Both the position numbers and the translations under genes were made by a program. Under the pieces are notes generated by a model. That model ran no database searches, was not told where the DNA came from, and was given only the letters and a program-made list of their open reading frames with translations. A stretch of 64,000 bases of DNA from Ginglymostoma cirratum (taxonomy: Eukaryota): contig JAHRHZ010000166.1 of the NCBI GenBank assembly GCA_024137785.1, positions 885,367 to 949,366 of the forward strand, given 5' to 3'. Positions 36,601-51,049 of the stretch are shown here, one piece after another; position 1 is the first letter of the stretch; every line of letters begins with the position of its first letter.

Positions 36601-37799
36601 TCAAGTCGACGTTCCTCTTTATTAGCCAATTTATGAATTTTAAACTGTCTCTGTTTCTGTTTATTTTTCTCTATCTGCATTTCTTCTGTAGGGCCATCCT
36701 TTACTTTTTGTTTTCCCCTGCTAGGGATATTCTTTGGTTTCTTTTTGTCTCTGATTTTATTTGGAATTCAAACTGTTTCGTTTCTTAGTCATGTCCGAGC
36801 TGCTTCATCAGTAATTGAATTCTAGCTCTTTCCAAACATTCAAATCGCATTGCCAGCAATCATAAATGCCAAGCTATTGCTGCAATTCTCTGTTTTTTTT
36901 CACGCGGAGAAAGACAAATCCAACTCCAGCTGGTCTGCCAATTCCTACAACTTTGCTCATTTTCTGAAAAATTGGAAGGTGACTTCTGGCACCCCCAGAA
37001 AATTTTTAGTGTCTGAAAGAGCTATGACGACAAAAGGCACACCTTGTTTAGACCAATCGAATTCAACACCCGAAACAAAAAAAAAATAACATCTACCACT
37101 TGCTGGCATTGAGTCCAATAATTGTAAACCCAACCTAAATATTAATCCTGTCAGGGCCCCTTGATTTGTTATGGAATAGCGGAGATCTTCTTAAAATATC
37201 TTAAGAAGGTAGTCTAGAGCCCAACTTTTTTCTTTTTTTAAGGCAAACGTAAAGTTCCATGTTCAAGATGCAATGTGACTAATCAAATTACTTCCCATTA
37301 AGCAAAACACGATGTATTTAAACATTACAGTCAAAATAGAACCAAACAACAGATTTTGTCTTAAATTCAGTCTAACAGCCTTGGAAGAAAACCCCTGGCA
37401 TCTGTTTATTATATAGAGAGGAAAAAAATGGCTGACGCTTCTCCAGTCCCAAAATTGCAACCGCTTAAAGCTAAACCTAACAAAAATCACGAGAAACCCC
37501 AGCACTCCTGGTCTATGAGAGCTGTCCACAAAAGTTCTAGTGATTTGTATTGTTCCATCTTGAACGTAATCCTCAAGGCTTGATAAGCTGTTTACTTTAC
37601 TTCCTTTCCAAGTTGGCAGCTCTACCCCTATATTTCAAAACCCCTCTTCAGAAAAGAAGGATAAGTAACCTCTTAAAGACACAGAATTATCACACAACCA
37701 TGACTGGGTTCAATTCATTACCTATCAGGACTCTTAGATTGAAAAGAAAAAATGACTCGCTCCATTTCTCAATTGCACCACCGACAGACAGGTCTGTTT

Positions 37800-38800
37800 T
37801 ACAATGTCTGTCACAGTTCCCAATTCCGCTCCCCCCACCCTTACTAATTTAAATCCTCCCACGTAGCCCGACAAATTCTCCCCGCTAGTATATTATCCCC
37901 ATTCCAATTCAGATACAATCCGTCATTTCAGACTGGTTACTTCCACCCCAGAAAAGAATCATACAGTCCAATGTTGTGTATCCTTCTCCCCTGTACCAAA
38001 TCCTCAGCAAAGTTGTCATCTGCTTTATCTTCGTATTCCCACTCTCACTAGCACGTAGCACTGGTAGTAATCCAAATATTCTTTTTTTCAATCACTTACT
38101 TTTTAATCTCGTCCTTATTTCCATATATTCTCTCCTCAGAACTTCTTTGTCTTTCATATGTCCTTTGTACCAAGGTGTGTAATGGTCTCCTGCTGTTTAC
38201 TGTCCCCCTTTGAGAATATTCTATATACTGTCTGAGACAGCCTTGACATTGGCACCAGGGAGGCAACACACTTTTCTGATGTCTCACTGTTGTTGGCAGA
38301 AACGTCTGTCTGCGCCGTTAACTGGAGATCCCCTATCAGGGTCTGTCACTTAGAATCCGTTGTGCCCCTCGTTACAATTTCACCACTAGAAGCATGGTTT
38401 TCAGTGCTACACTCCCCGAGAGTCTATCACCCTCTACATTTTCCAAAACAGCATATTTGTTTGAGATGTGAATAGCCATTGTAGAATCCTGCAATACTTG
38501 CCTAACTCTCCCACCTTTCGGAGAGGTAGCCCATCTACTCGACTCTATCTGTGCTTTTTCTACCTTCCTGAAACTGCTTTCCATCTCAGCCCCTGGCTCC
38601 TGTACATTCCTCGTTGCCTCTAACTGCCACTCCAACTAATCTGTGCGATCCAATATGAAATAGCAACGAAACACACTTCCTGCAGATTTAATCATCAGGT
38701 ACATCAAAATTCTCTCTGATTTCCCACGTCTAACAGGAAGAGCCGTTCACTTTGCTTAAGATCATCTATACACCTTAAACATCTGCAGATTTCAGAAAAT
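37800..38800 (-). mobile_element. CR1 ORF1 fragment
   Basis: ORF 38372-38635 (ISNKYAVLENV) resembles CR1 ORF1 at 26400-26900. Confidence 0.7.
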
Positions 38801-39159
38801 AGCAGTGTTCATGCTCTCAAACATTGTCCTGTGATGACTTAGTGTTTTTTTTGTATATAAAAAGGAAGTTTCATCGAACAGATCTCCCACGAGTATGTGT
38901 ATTAGAGTTTAAAAAAAAGTCCCTCCTCGCTATTGGAAATTTACAAAGAAAAAAAAATCACTTTAAAACCTAAGAGTTGAGAGTTCTGAGGAAAGCTCAC
39001 CTGACCCGAAATGTTATCTGTGATTTCTCTTTCGATATGTTGCTAAACCTGCTGAACTTTCCTGAAGAAGGGCCTGAATCGAAACGTCAACTTTCCTGCT
39101 CTTCTGATGTTGCCTGCCTTCTGTGCTCCTGCAGCTCCACACTGTGGCGACTGGCCCTA

Positions 39160-42100
39160 CCCCTCTGAATATTTTGTCATCTCCGGTCTCGTCACGAACA
39201 CATTTCTTCTGCGCATTCTGCTGCCAGGGACGTTTTATCTCTACGAATTCATCAATGAGGACTTTGAGCTAAAATACTGTGGTACATTTGATTAATGGTG
39301 CTGAAAGGTGCTAACTCTATTAGCTGGTGGATCGTTCTCTCTTTCAGATGGTAGTTGCCTTTCCCCGTCTTTCCAAATGCTCTTATCTTATATACACGTA
39401 ATGATAGAATCAAAGTCTTACAATATGATTAGTTTCAGGTTGTCAACATCATCAGGTTTAAATTCAATTATCTTTGAGCGGACGAGTTTGGTTTTAAGTT
39501 AATTGACCAAATGACCAAATTCAAACCTGTTCTTCCGAAATCATAATATATCAGCTTTTTTGCTGCCATCTGTAAGGCTTTTTTTGATACATTTGTTTCA
39601 GTTTTTGAGGCTGTCTGCGCTGGCAACTTCAGCTGCTGCTCACGAGCATATTTTTTTTCTTAACAGAAATTTCTTAAAGAAGCCATACACTTTAGCTTCC
39701 ACTTCACAATGACTCTGCCCAACTTAATTACACCTGCCCTTTAAGAAAAAGAAATGAACCATCATTATGAAAATATGCCTTTATTTCTTTTCTAAGTCTT
39801 AATAGTATTAACACAAAACACATAGTTTAGTACTTTAACGTTATACATTTCATACTAATTCTAAGTATATATGACTTTGGACCATACCAGTTTTAGCTTA
39901 GCTACATATTTTCTTTAAGGCCATGATAGCGCATCTGTAACATTTTTCAATCCCGCAACATACACAATTTGTAAGTTAAGACCCTGTATCATAAGACTCC
40001 AATGAAATAGTCTCATATGTTTGTACTTAAAATTTTCCAAAAAAGTAAAACAAGTGTGAGTGTTGTGGTCTGTATGCACAACAATTTCCAAAATATCGTT
40101 TGTAACATAAACCTTAAAATGTTGTAAGGCCAATACCAAACTCAATAAATTTTTTCAACAGTGGCGTATTTTCTCTGATGAATATTGAGTTTCTTCAGAA
40201 AATGTCAATTGGCCTTTAATTTTCTACCATTGTCCTCCGGCATTAACAAAGCCCCAAACCCTATATTGTTGTCATCAATAGTAACTTTAAAGTGTTTCGA
40301 GAAAATTGATGCAGCTAAAACTGGTGCAATTGATAATATGGCTTTTAAATTCTCAAATGCCTGCTGAGATTGTTCTCTCCACCGAAATTACATGTCCTTC
40401 TTTTGCAAATCTATCAGTGGTGCCACCACGCTGCTAAAAATGGGCAAAAACGTTCAGTACAAGCTGCTCAATACCAAAAATCAAAGTACCTCTTTCTTTG
40501 AGGATGGTCTTGGAAATTCCTCGACAGCCTTCATCTTTATGTTCGTCAGAGTCTTCCTTCCATGCCCGATGCTATGTCAGAAGAACGTCACTTCTGCCTT
40601 TGTGCATTCGGTTTTGACTAAGTTTATAACCACTTCCCCACCACCCCCCCGTATTCTTTCAAAGAGCTTTTCCAAATGCACCATGTGATCTTTCCATAAA
40701 TAGTTAAAGATCACGAAGTGATCTATATAGACAGCAGAATTATTCAATCTTGCAACAACTCCTCTCATAAGTCTTTGAAATGTGGTTGATGCGTTCTTCA
40801 TACCAAAGGGCATTATTTTAAATTGATACAGCCCTTTTGGGGTTACAAACGCAGAAACTTATTTCACTCTCTCTGACAAGAGTACTTGGCAGTAACCAAG
40901 GAGTAAGCGCGACTTGGTGATACAAGTGGTTTCTACAACTTTTTTCCACACTTTCCTCCAACTTTGAAATTGGTTATGAGTCCAATTTGTTTACAGCATT
41001 GACCTTCTAATAATCCATGCAGACCCATTTAAGCACCTTTACGCGATGGAATCAAGACGATCCCTGATCTCCACTCAGGTTGATTCAGCTCTTGGCTTCT
41101 TGCAGCATCGCTTCCAATTCCTTCTGTAACTGTGCAGGTTTAAGATGATTAAGTCTCTAGGTGTGTTTCTTTACGGGAGCAACATTCCCTACTTCAACCT
41201 CTTGCATTATAGTACTAGTCGTCCACATTCTGTTCCCACATAAGTCCTCATAGTTCTGCAAGAACCTTTTCAATTCAGCTCTCTGCTCCCAAGACAGATA
41301 GCTCACTATCCTATCCTATTCTCTAAGAACTTCTCATTATTTAATTTAACCTGAGGCACATCAAAATCAAATGATTTGTATTCTGACCTGTCGCTGCCAG
41401 GGGCTGTAACTGATACTTGTTTCTCTGCTTCCCTGCCCCTGTCATTGTAGGGTTTCAACTTATTCACATGACATATGCGATAAATCTTCATTCTACCTGA
41501 CATCTTTGCTAGATAGTTCACCTAACTCAACTTCTTCTCAGTCAGGTAGGGACCACTATACCTTGCTTTGAAGGTGTCTTCTACCACTGGAAACAGCACC
41601 AATAATTTATCCACAAACATCCGAACTTTTGCTTCATCAGATGGTGTGCCACCTTCGGATAGCCAATTCACCAACTCTGCCTAGTCTTTCTCTCACCCCA
41701 ATGTTATGTATCTCACCCCAGATACATAATCAAACTGTAAGATCTCCGACTTCGGACCTATCAACTTTATTTTAATTTCAAAGGCCATCTTATTTTATGT
41801 CCGAATATCAACTCAAATGGAGAAAATTGATCTGTTCATTTGGGGTATCTCTAATGGTAAACGATACAAATGGGATACCTTTATCTCAATCATTTGGATA
41901 ATCCTAGCAATAAGATCTCTGCATAGTTTTTTCTGGTCTGATGCCACCTTTCGAATGCTCCATAGGAATCAGGATGGTACACACTTGGTGTTTGATGCCT
42001 AAACTATCCATGACCTCCTTAAATATTTTGGCATTAAAATTGCACCCTTGATATGACTGAAACTCCCTGAGTATGTAAAGAAAGCAACCAAGCCTGTGGC

Positions 42101-45100
42101 TTTCTTATCATCTATCATATAACAGGTACGGCAAAATTCAACCACATCCTTATGCAATAATGCAGGTTAAAAGAAGTGCTTTTGTATTTTCGTCTGAGCC
42201 TTGGTCACTCCCAAATGACCTCCTACCAGTAATTCGTGTGTCACCCATAATACATTCGTCTATATGTTACCAGCAAGACAATCTGGTTCACTTCCACTCA
42301 TTTCTCCTTTGCACTAACCTTCCAAAGTCTCCATTTTTGACTTAGGATTATAACCTTGAGATTATAACGCTTGGGAATGATTTCTGATTCCTTTTCTCAG
42401 CAAGGTATGTGACATAGATATTTTATTGTCTCGTCATTTTATTGTAAGTGCGGTAATCTTTCAGAACTAAACATCTCTGCCTGATCCTCTTCGTGTTTAT
42501 GTTCTTCCTAGACCATTTCATTAAAAGGATTTCAGCTAACTGGACTTCAACTCTTTCGGATTTCTCTTTGGTTCTCCCTTCTTGCTTTAACCTTGTGCTG
42601 TGGGATCTTGTCACCACACAGTCCAGAAAATTTCCAGGGTATTTTTCTTCTAACTTCTCAGTTCCCTGCTTTTCCTTCGGCTTCTCCACTACAATGGGTG
42701 TCACTCCCACCTTTGATCCTGCTGGATCGTTTCCAGAAGCAAACTGCACTCCTGGAATTGACATTCTTTCAATCACTCCCACTGTCACTTCCCCAGCCTC
42801 AATGGCCTGTACAACCTGATCTTATGCGGGGAACGCTAAATCTCTGTCCATCTATTCCACAGCTTGCTGCTCTCTCAGGTAACATTTTAGAAAGAGTGCA
42901 AATACTTATATTTCTTACTATTGGAGACTGGCTCGCTCCCGTATCTCTCAATATTGTAACTTCTTTACCTTCTCCCCTGTTCTTTTTAAATAAACCTTAC
43001 CTACAGAGGTAAAGTCTTTGTAGAGATCGGACAAGGTGTCAGTCTTCATCCCGTCAATCGGTAGCACACTTTCCTGCAGCTCCTCGATTCCTTTCAGGAT
43101 TTTCTTCACCACCTCAACCAATCCCACTGGTTTAGCATCTTTTACCACATCCTTTTTCTAGTACCTTAAACCGCCAGCACTGTGACTTTGTGCGTTGCAC
43201 CCTATGGCAGTGAAAACCTCTTTTAACAGTATCTTTCTTAAACCACTGGCACTGTGTCTCTATGTGTCCCAATGAAAACGTCTAAGACCTCTTGCCTTCT
43301 TTTCACCGTCTTGGGTTTCTTTTTTTCACTTGTGGTAAACTGTCCCAGTGTGATCTACCTTTTGTTTTTCATTGAAGGATCTAATTTTTGCTCCGATTTC
43401 TGACAAGCCCAGGATGAAATTGCTATCGGAAGCTAAATTTCAATATTTTGATTAGTGCATATTCATCCTTCATCTCTGCAGCTCTTCCTACTTTGGTAAA
43501 TTTCTGTTCCTCAATATGAGTTCTTATCATCTCTGGAAGTGAGTTTTTAACCTCCTCCAGCAGAATAATCTGTCTAAAATTCTCATATGTTTTCTTTCTT
43601 TCTTTAATGCTCTCACACATCTATCGAAGTTGATGTATTTAATTCTTTAAAACTCAGATGAAGGGTCTAGGCCCGAAACGTAAAGCTTTCCTGCTCCTAT
43701 GATGATGCTTGGCCTGCTGTGTTCATCCAGCCCCACACCTTGTTATCTCTAAAACTCTGACTAGGTTCTTTCTTTATGTTTCTGAACCGTTGACTATATG
43801 CTTCTGATACTAATTCGTAGGCACTGAAAATAGCTTGTTTTACTTCTTTGTAATCTCTTGACACCTCGTCTGACAGGGCTGCGATTACCTCACTCGCCCT
43901 GCCTACCAACTTAGTATGAGTTAACGTTATTCACATATCCTCTTGCATTTCATCTGTTTAACGAATTTCTCTAAGAGAATGAAAATGACTTCAACAGCTT
44001 TTACATCAAATTTTGGTAACGTTTTGACATCTTTGTATACATCACTACTAGGCTGTTGGATACTATCAGTTTGCTTATCCTCACTTCTATCTTGTACTTA
44101 TCCTTCGGCCATTTGAAGTCTTTTTGCTTCCGGTTCCAACTCCATCTTTTCCAAGTTGAACATTCTTTCTCTTTCTTTTCTCTCTCTCTTTCTCTTTCGT
44201 ATCCTTGTAACCATAATTTAGCTCTCTCGCCTTCTTTTCATTCTCTAACTCCAGTTGTCTCTTTGCAATGTACGTTTACTTTTGCCACTGCGTTTGCCTG
44301 CTTCTCTGATATATCTGAGTGCTTGACTAACTCCATTAGAATTTCAGCTTTCCTTTTATATCGACTTAAACTGAATTCTAATGTATTTGCGAATTCTAAT
44401 AGTATATCCTTCCTTTGCCTTTCTAAACTTTCTTGGAAAACTTGGGAAACATCTTTAAAACCTCAGAACTTCTTTAACAATGTTAAAAGCCATTTGCTTC
44501 ATGGTAATTTTACCAAACACATGTAACCTAAATTAAACATTTTTTCTTGCCTAAGTTTGAATTAAAGAACTAGTACACTCGTTCCCACCTGTAAAAATCT
44601 TTCCAAATCTTTCAAGATCCTGAACTTAACAGACCAAATCTTGGACTTGAGCCCCTAATTTTTGTCACAACTGTGACTGGCCGGAACCCTGTGTTAATTA
44701 AGTCAAAATACAAGTCCCAATCTGTTATGACAGCAGTAGGGATTCTCTTTAATAATTACCCCCGAAACACCCAAAGAAGCTTATCTTTCCCCTCACAATC
44801 TATTGAAATACTGGCTAAAAGAAAGAAAGTCCCTGACTTCCAATTTACAAGTAGTAAGAAACAATTAATTATTTAACCCAATAACGAACAAATCAACAAA
44901 ATTATTAACAAACTAACAACTCCCCCGTGGACTACTAACTACTCCCTAACTGATCTAAATTCGAATCTACTGCTATTTAAGTAAAGACAAGTCCCACTAA
45001 TATAAATCGTATTAATAAGAAGCAATAAGTTATAACTTAATCTCTCCAATTTCACACAGACTCTCTTCTGGAATATTCTGCCGTATCTGGTCTCTTCACA

Positions 45101-45654
45101 AACACATTTTTTCCCGCTAATTATGCTGTTCGGTATGTTTTATCTCTGTAATTTCTTCAATGAGGACTTTGAGCTAAAATACTGTGGTACCTTTGATTAA
45201 TTAGAAGAGCTTTCTTTTTTCTGAGAGCTGAATGATGCTAACACTGACAGGTGGCGGATGGCTCTCTCGTACAAACGGTAGCTGGCTCTCCCCGACTTTC
45301 CAAATGCTCTCGTCATATATACCGTAATGATAAAATCGAATTCTTCAAATATGATTGGTTTCAGGTTATTAACACCATCAGTTTTAAATTCAATTGGCTT
45401 TGAATCGCTGAGTATGTTTTTAAATTAATTGGCCAAATTCAAACTCGTTGCCGCAACATCAACACAAGACTGCCGTTTTGCCTGCCACTTGTAAGTCGTT
45501 TTTGATACACTGTTTCAGTTTTTGAGGTTGTCTGTACTGGCAACTTCAGCTGCTGCTCACAGCCATTCATTTTGTAATTATAAGTACAGACAAAGCAGAA
45601 ATCTCAAAAAGGAACCATACATTTTAGCTACCTGCCTTCAACTTCATATTTACA
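39160..45654 (-). mobile_element. Gmr1-like Gypsy LTR retrotransposon B with paired LTRs
   Basis: LTRs about 44663-45654 and 39160-39732 share atgaggactttgagctaaaatactgtggtac. PBS-like TTAGGGGCTCAAGTCCAAG near 44640-44660; PPT-like AAAGGGCAGG|TGT near 39732-39742. Gag 44500-43100, ILRDTGASQS near 42950, integrase 42150-41450, RT 41020-40577, RNase H 40330-39915. Confidence 0.9.
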
Positions 45655-45677
45655 CTGCAAAATTTCTTAACAGTAGT

Positions 45678-46315
45678 GACTGAGAAGGATTTTGGGAGAA
45701 GTCAGCTCAGTTACTGCAAATGGCCAGACAATCGGAGAGGATTTGGTGCTTGGTAGAATTAAGGGCAGCAAATAGAGGGCGGTGGTGAGAAATAACTGAC
45801 ATGGATTCCAGTTGAAATGAAAAATAGTAATTAGCAGGGAACAATGCTGTAGACAGACTGGGAACGATTCTGGATGATGTTGGTTTAATCCGACAGATAG
45901 CAGCTGTGAAAAGTGACAGAGAAGAACTTCCAGAGATGTTACCCCGCTCACTGCAGAGGATGTGGTGAAGAAAGAACATCTAATAGAGGATAATAGATAG
46001 AAGTTAGTCAGGAGAATTCTTGGAGAAATTAGCACAATCACCCCAACTGAAACCGGGTTCATGAGGAACCAAGTGTTCAACAGAAGGATGAGAGTCCATA
46101 GAATGACACAGAAAATTGACTTAGGAGGATATTTGGAGATGTCAACTTGATCACCACAACTGAGCAGGGAATCCCTCAGAACCCGATGCTCAAAAGTTGA
46201 AAATTTATTCAACATTCAGTGGCAATGAAAAGTGATTGAGTGGGATTATTGGAGATGTTGGCTCACTCACCACAACTGAGCAGGGAATAGCAGATACCCC
46301 AGTACTCACTGTAGA
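45678..46315 (+). repeat. Degenerate ~115-bp tandem array (right part)
   Basis: The same unit near 45679, 45856, 46005, 46118 and 46233 (e.g. ggagatgt....t..tcaccacaactgagcagggaat twice). Confidence 0.7.
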
Positions 46316-49300
46316 CTCACTTATACATGGTGCATGTTAGTTCCATGACCTTGCACTCTCATTCATCAAGACTGCGTACTAAATGTTTGCAGATTAAAAT
46401 TAAATTTAGCTCAAATAATAAATACAATAGATTACAAATTGTGCTGCGTAATGATTGTCAATCGTCCATTGGATTATTGTAAAAAGCATGTGAACTACAT
46501 AATTTTCACAGGTGAACACAAAGAAAACAGTTACATCGAAAAGGCTAAACAGTGACTTCAGTTTGAAATATTACCATATTGAACAGTGTTTTTTATGCAT
46601 TTCTTTATGAGAGGATATTAACAAGGTTAGAATGCATTACCCATCTGTAACTGTTCTGGACAATTTCTTGCTGAATCCGTTCCAGCTATTGTGAATCGGT
46701 TATCACTAAGACACAGTCAGCTGATAGAGAGGGCATAGTTCTGTTGACTCTTCGTGACTGATAGCCAAGTACTTCAGCACACTGAGAGGATAGTCCGATG
46801 AATTAAACGCCAATCTATTCAACTTCAATTCTGTCCATGATAATCAAACTAATTCTAGAAAACTGTTTATAACCCTTCATTTTGGAAGATATGCAAAAAT
46901 CTGAGAGAATTTGCATAGATTTGATCCGGAAATTTTTTTTTTCTTAACCTAATTAAATTTTATAAAGAACTGGACCTTTACTATACAGTCTGGCTACGTT
47001 GTCCAAATTAATTTTCAACAGGACATGTCGGAAAGTTCTCAGTGCCAACCAGATCAAAGGCAAAACTTCCATTGCAATTCCAGAGAGGGTGGAAATTTGA
47101 ACCCAATATTCACTTATTTTTAAGAGAAAATTTCGTTGAAAGTTAAGTGGCTTAGTAACTTCGATCTTAATTTTAGTGGACTCACAGAAACCATCACCTG
47201 TTAATAGAAATGTTTATTAATTTTCTCAATTCAAGACAGAAACAAGAATTATTTTTGCAGGTGGAAAGGAAGCGATCTCCAATTATGACAGTTAGGAGCA
47301 GTAACATCAACAGGAAAATATAAAGTATATGTTTTGTGTGGTAAAGAAAACATATGGACAATGGAATTTCATTTAGAAATATTGCAGATAATTCTGGGAA
47401 ATGGAGTAATGTCTACAAAACGGTATGTAAATCCAATACAGGGATAAAATATGAGTAATATTGAAGGACTGAAGTCCATGTGGAGCACAGCAAATAATTG
47501 AAGGCAGATGTAGAGTTTGACATTCATCTTTTCCTCCTGCGCGTATATTAAAAGACGAGGAGGTTGTTTGCTCTGGATATTGTGTAGTGGAGCTTTCAGA
47601 GTTTGCACATTGGAAGGAAGATATTACGATGAATAAATATTTGTTAGCTTGGGTTTGTTCTTCTTGGAACAAAGGAGCCTGAATAATGAAATATAGTGTA
47701 CAGCAGTACAATACAGGAATAGGCCATTTCGGGCACCATGTCAGCGCCAAACATGGTGCAATTCTCAACTATTCCCACCTGTCCGTATTTTGGCATATCC
47801 CACTATTCTATGCCACTTCAATTAACCCGTCCAAATGTCTCTTAAACTTTGCTGTCATATCTGCCTCCTGTATATTTTCTGCTAAGGACGCGATGGCAGT
47901 GGAGGCAATAGTCATATGGATTTCCCTGGACTGTTAGTACTGACACAAATTGATGTTTTGTTGAGTTCAAATTCTGCCATGGACGATAGTGGAATTTGAA
48001 AACAATAAAAATCTTTAATTAAAAGCCTCTTGATGATCGTGAATCCATTGTCAATTTTTTGGAAAACCCCATCTGGTTCACGGATCTCATTTTGGTTAGG
48101 AAGCTGGTGTTCTTACTTGGTCTGGCCTAAATATGATACTGAACCCACTCCATGTGGTTAACTCGCAACTGTCCTCTGGCCAATTAAGGATGTGCAATAA
48201 ACACTGACCCAGTCACCGATGCCCTCATCCTGTTATTGAATAAAGAAAAGGTACTAACAGTCCTCTGTGTAAAAATCACTCATTTGGATTGTATATAATT
48301 ATGCCATGTAACTCTGAAATAAATTTGAACCAGTTACAAAATGTGCCAGGGGGATCACGTAAAATGAGCACAAGATTAAAAAGACTTGAATAATGTGATT
48401 GGTGCAAAAGTAATATATTTCATCAGAAGATTTTAACAACTCAGACATCAATTCCTCAAAAGCTTCTGGAGGCAGAAAATCAAATCCTATATAAAAATGT
48501 ATTCGAACGACATCTTGAATAACAAATCATGCAGGTCTATTTCCTGTTTGAATGCAGAAAATTTGACTCAGGCTTAAAGACAATTTATCCATCGACATGA
48601 ATGTGAATACATCTTTCTGTTTTCCCTCAGAATGTCGCTTTTGTAGTGAAGGTCAAGTGAGCATAGACAGTCTATGGAAGAAAACAGAGACCACAATGAT
48701 CATGGAAACAAAGTGATACGTTTTGCCCATTCAATCCTTCATCCTCACCAACCATTAATTTGATATTCGCTGATGATTGTAGCAGTATTTAAGTAATTGC
48801 TTCGAGTGGACAAGCAACATTTAAAAAATGGTGAATTATTTCCAGGTGCAGGATTGGAAAGGTCATTCAACAAATCTAGTCTTAGCCGCCTAAAGTACAT
48901 TCAATCTACATGAATACCACTTTCCAACACTTGGCTCATAGCTTTGAATGTTATGATGTTTCAAATACTCATCCTAGTACTTTAAAAATGTTATGAGACT
49001 ACTTGCTTCTATATCCAGGACTCCATCTCACTTTCTGTGATTTTATTCCCTTAAATTGCCTCTAAATGTCTTGAAGTTCACCTAAAAATTCGCCTCTCCT
49101 AACTTTTCTTATGACTTGTAAACTCAGCGGAATAGCTGATGGCTATCCACCTTGTCTATATCCGTGATAATGATATAGACCTCTATCAGGACCACGCATA
49201 ACAATACCCGCTTCAACAAAACCAACTCGACCCAATCCTATCTCCCTTCTTAGCTAAAATGCTCCATCACGGACAAAACCGTGGAGAAGTTACACTCTAT

Positions 49301-50709
49301 TCCCTCCAAAGCAATCATATCCTTTTATGTGTGGTGACCAGAACAGCACACAATGTCTAGCTGTGGCCTAACCAATGTTCTGTACAGCTCCAACATAATG
49401 TTCTTGTTTTTATAATCTATGCTTCAACTAAAAAAAGCAAGTGCCCTATCTGCCTTCTTAAATGCCTTGTTAAACTGCCCTGCCACCTTCAGAGATAGGT
49501 AGGCAAGGAGCCAAATAGTTCTACTCCCCTAAGCATCAGCGTTCTTCTATTTATTGACTATTCCCTTGTTTTTTTCCCCAAAGCATACACTTCACAGGTA
49601 TGAGACTCAAATTCCATCTGTCATTAACTTACCCTTCTGACCAAATGTCTCATATTCTCCTGTGACCAAAGACCTTCTTCTGCACTGTCAACCACCTGCC
49701 AATCTTTCTTTCATCCACGAAATTACTTATCAGCCGCCCGCCATTGTATTTTCATATGGACCTTTAATATAAATATCACAAACAAGAGTGGACAAAGCTC
49801 TGATCTCTGATGTCCTCTAGTTCCGTTATAAGTTATCCTTCTTGGTGTCTAAAGAGACCTACTCTTTCGTTTATTCTCTTTCATTTTACATATTTCTGAA
49901 ATGCCCTGAGATCCAGCTGAATCTTGCTCGTCAGGGCTTTCTTTTAAGCCTCCTCTTTTTGTGGGTGGCATGTTGACTCAGAGGTTAATGCTTCTGCCTC
50001 ACAGCACCACGGAGCTTACACATTTTCCCAGTGTCTGCACAGGCTTCCTCCAGGTGCTTGGGTTTCCTCCCACAATCCAAAAACGAGCAGATTATTTGGA
50101 TTGGTCATGCTAAATTATCCATAGTATCCAGGGATAGTAAAGATCGATGGATTAGCCATGGGCAACACAGTATTACAGAGATAATGTTTGTGTGGGCGGG
50201 GGCGCGTAAGTGGGGATTAGATGTTCTTCAGAAGGGCAGAGAATTCAGAGAATTCCACACTGTAGGAATTCTGTGGTTCTCCCCTAATTGCTTTCCTGAG
50301 ATTCCCCTGCATTTTCTGTACTCGTCCAGGGCCACCATCGATTTACTTCCTTTGGTAGTTTTTATATCTTTCTCTTTTGCTTTGGATCCAGTCCCGATTA
50401 GTTCTCAACGTCCTTGGCTCTCCGGGTATGTTTCTTCTACATTTTACCCTGAAGATTTTTTTAACAACTTCTTCTTGATGTCACCTTTAAAATTCTAGGC
50501 TCAAATCTAAGGCCTTACATATTCACACTGAAGACTGTAAAAGCTCAATTAGTTTCTCCCTTTGTAAGTCAAACAATGTATTATGTTATTTAATCATCAC
50601 AACCAGATCATGCCTTTCTTTGCTTTATTCTCATATGTGAAAAAATGAATCATGTCAACTATTCAAGTAACTTTAACCCAGCTATCATTGCAAGAAAGCA
50701 TCATTTTTA

Positions 50710-51040
50710 TAGAATCCCTAAGGTGTGGGAAAAGGCCATTCAGTGCAACAAGTCCACACCGCCTCTCCAAAGAGCATCCGACACAGACCATTTCCCTACG
50801 TTGATTTCCCATGTCTAACCCACCGAACCTTAAGATCCCTGGGCATTATGGACAATTTAGCAAAGCCAATCCACCTACACTGCACGTCTTTGGACTGTGG
50901 GAGGAAACCGGAACACCTGGAAAAAACCCACGCAGTCACGGGGAGAATGTGTAACCTCCACGCAGACAGTTGCCCGAGGCTGGAATCAAACCCAGGGTCC
51001 CTGGTGCTGTCAGGCAGCAGTGTTAAACACTGAGTCACCA
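50710..51040 (-). mobile_element. HE1-like SINE
   Basis: Reverse complement of the 22390 SINE. Confidence 0.88.
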
Positions 51041-51049
51041 CGCTGCCAG

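Larger units (their letters stand above)
24830..37690 (-). mobile_element. Gmr1-like Gypsy LTR retrotransposon A (decayed, split by CR1)
   Basis: LTR about 37165-37690 with a degenerate PBS near 37145-37165. Gag remnant 37020-36070, protease DTG near 35995, integrase 35400-34480 resuming at 26100-25900 (HVIMAKIYFDRENKR), then RT remnant 25470-25230 (VTPNGL...PFG.KNAP...YIDDL). Confidence 0.75.

Noticed and set aside
45667-46215. 182-aa minus-strand ORF
   Set aside because: Antisense of the purine-rich degenerate tandem array, with no recognisable domain.
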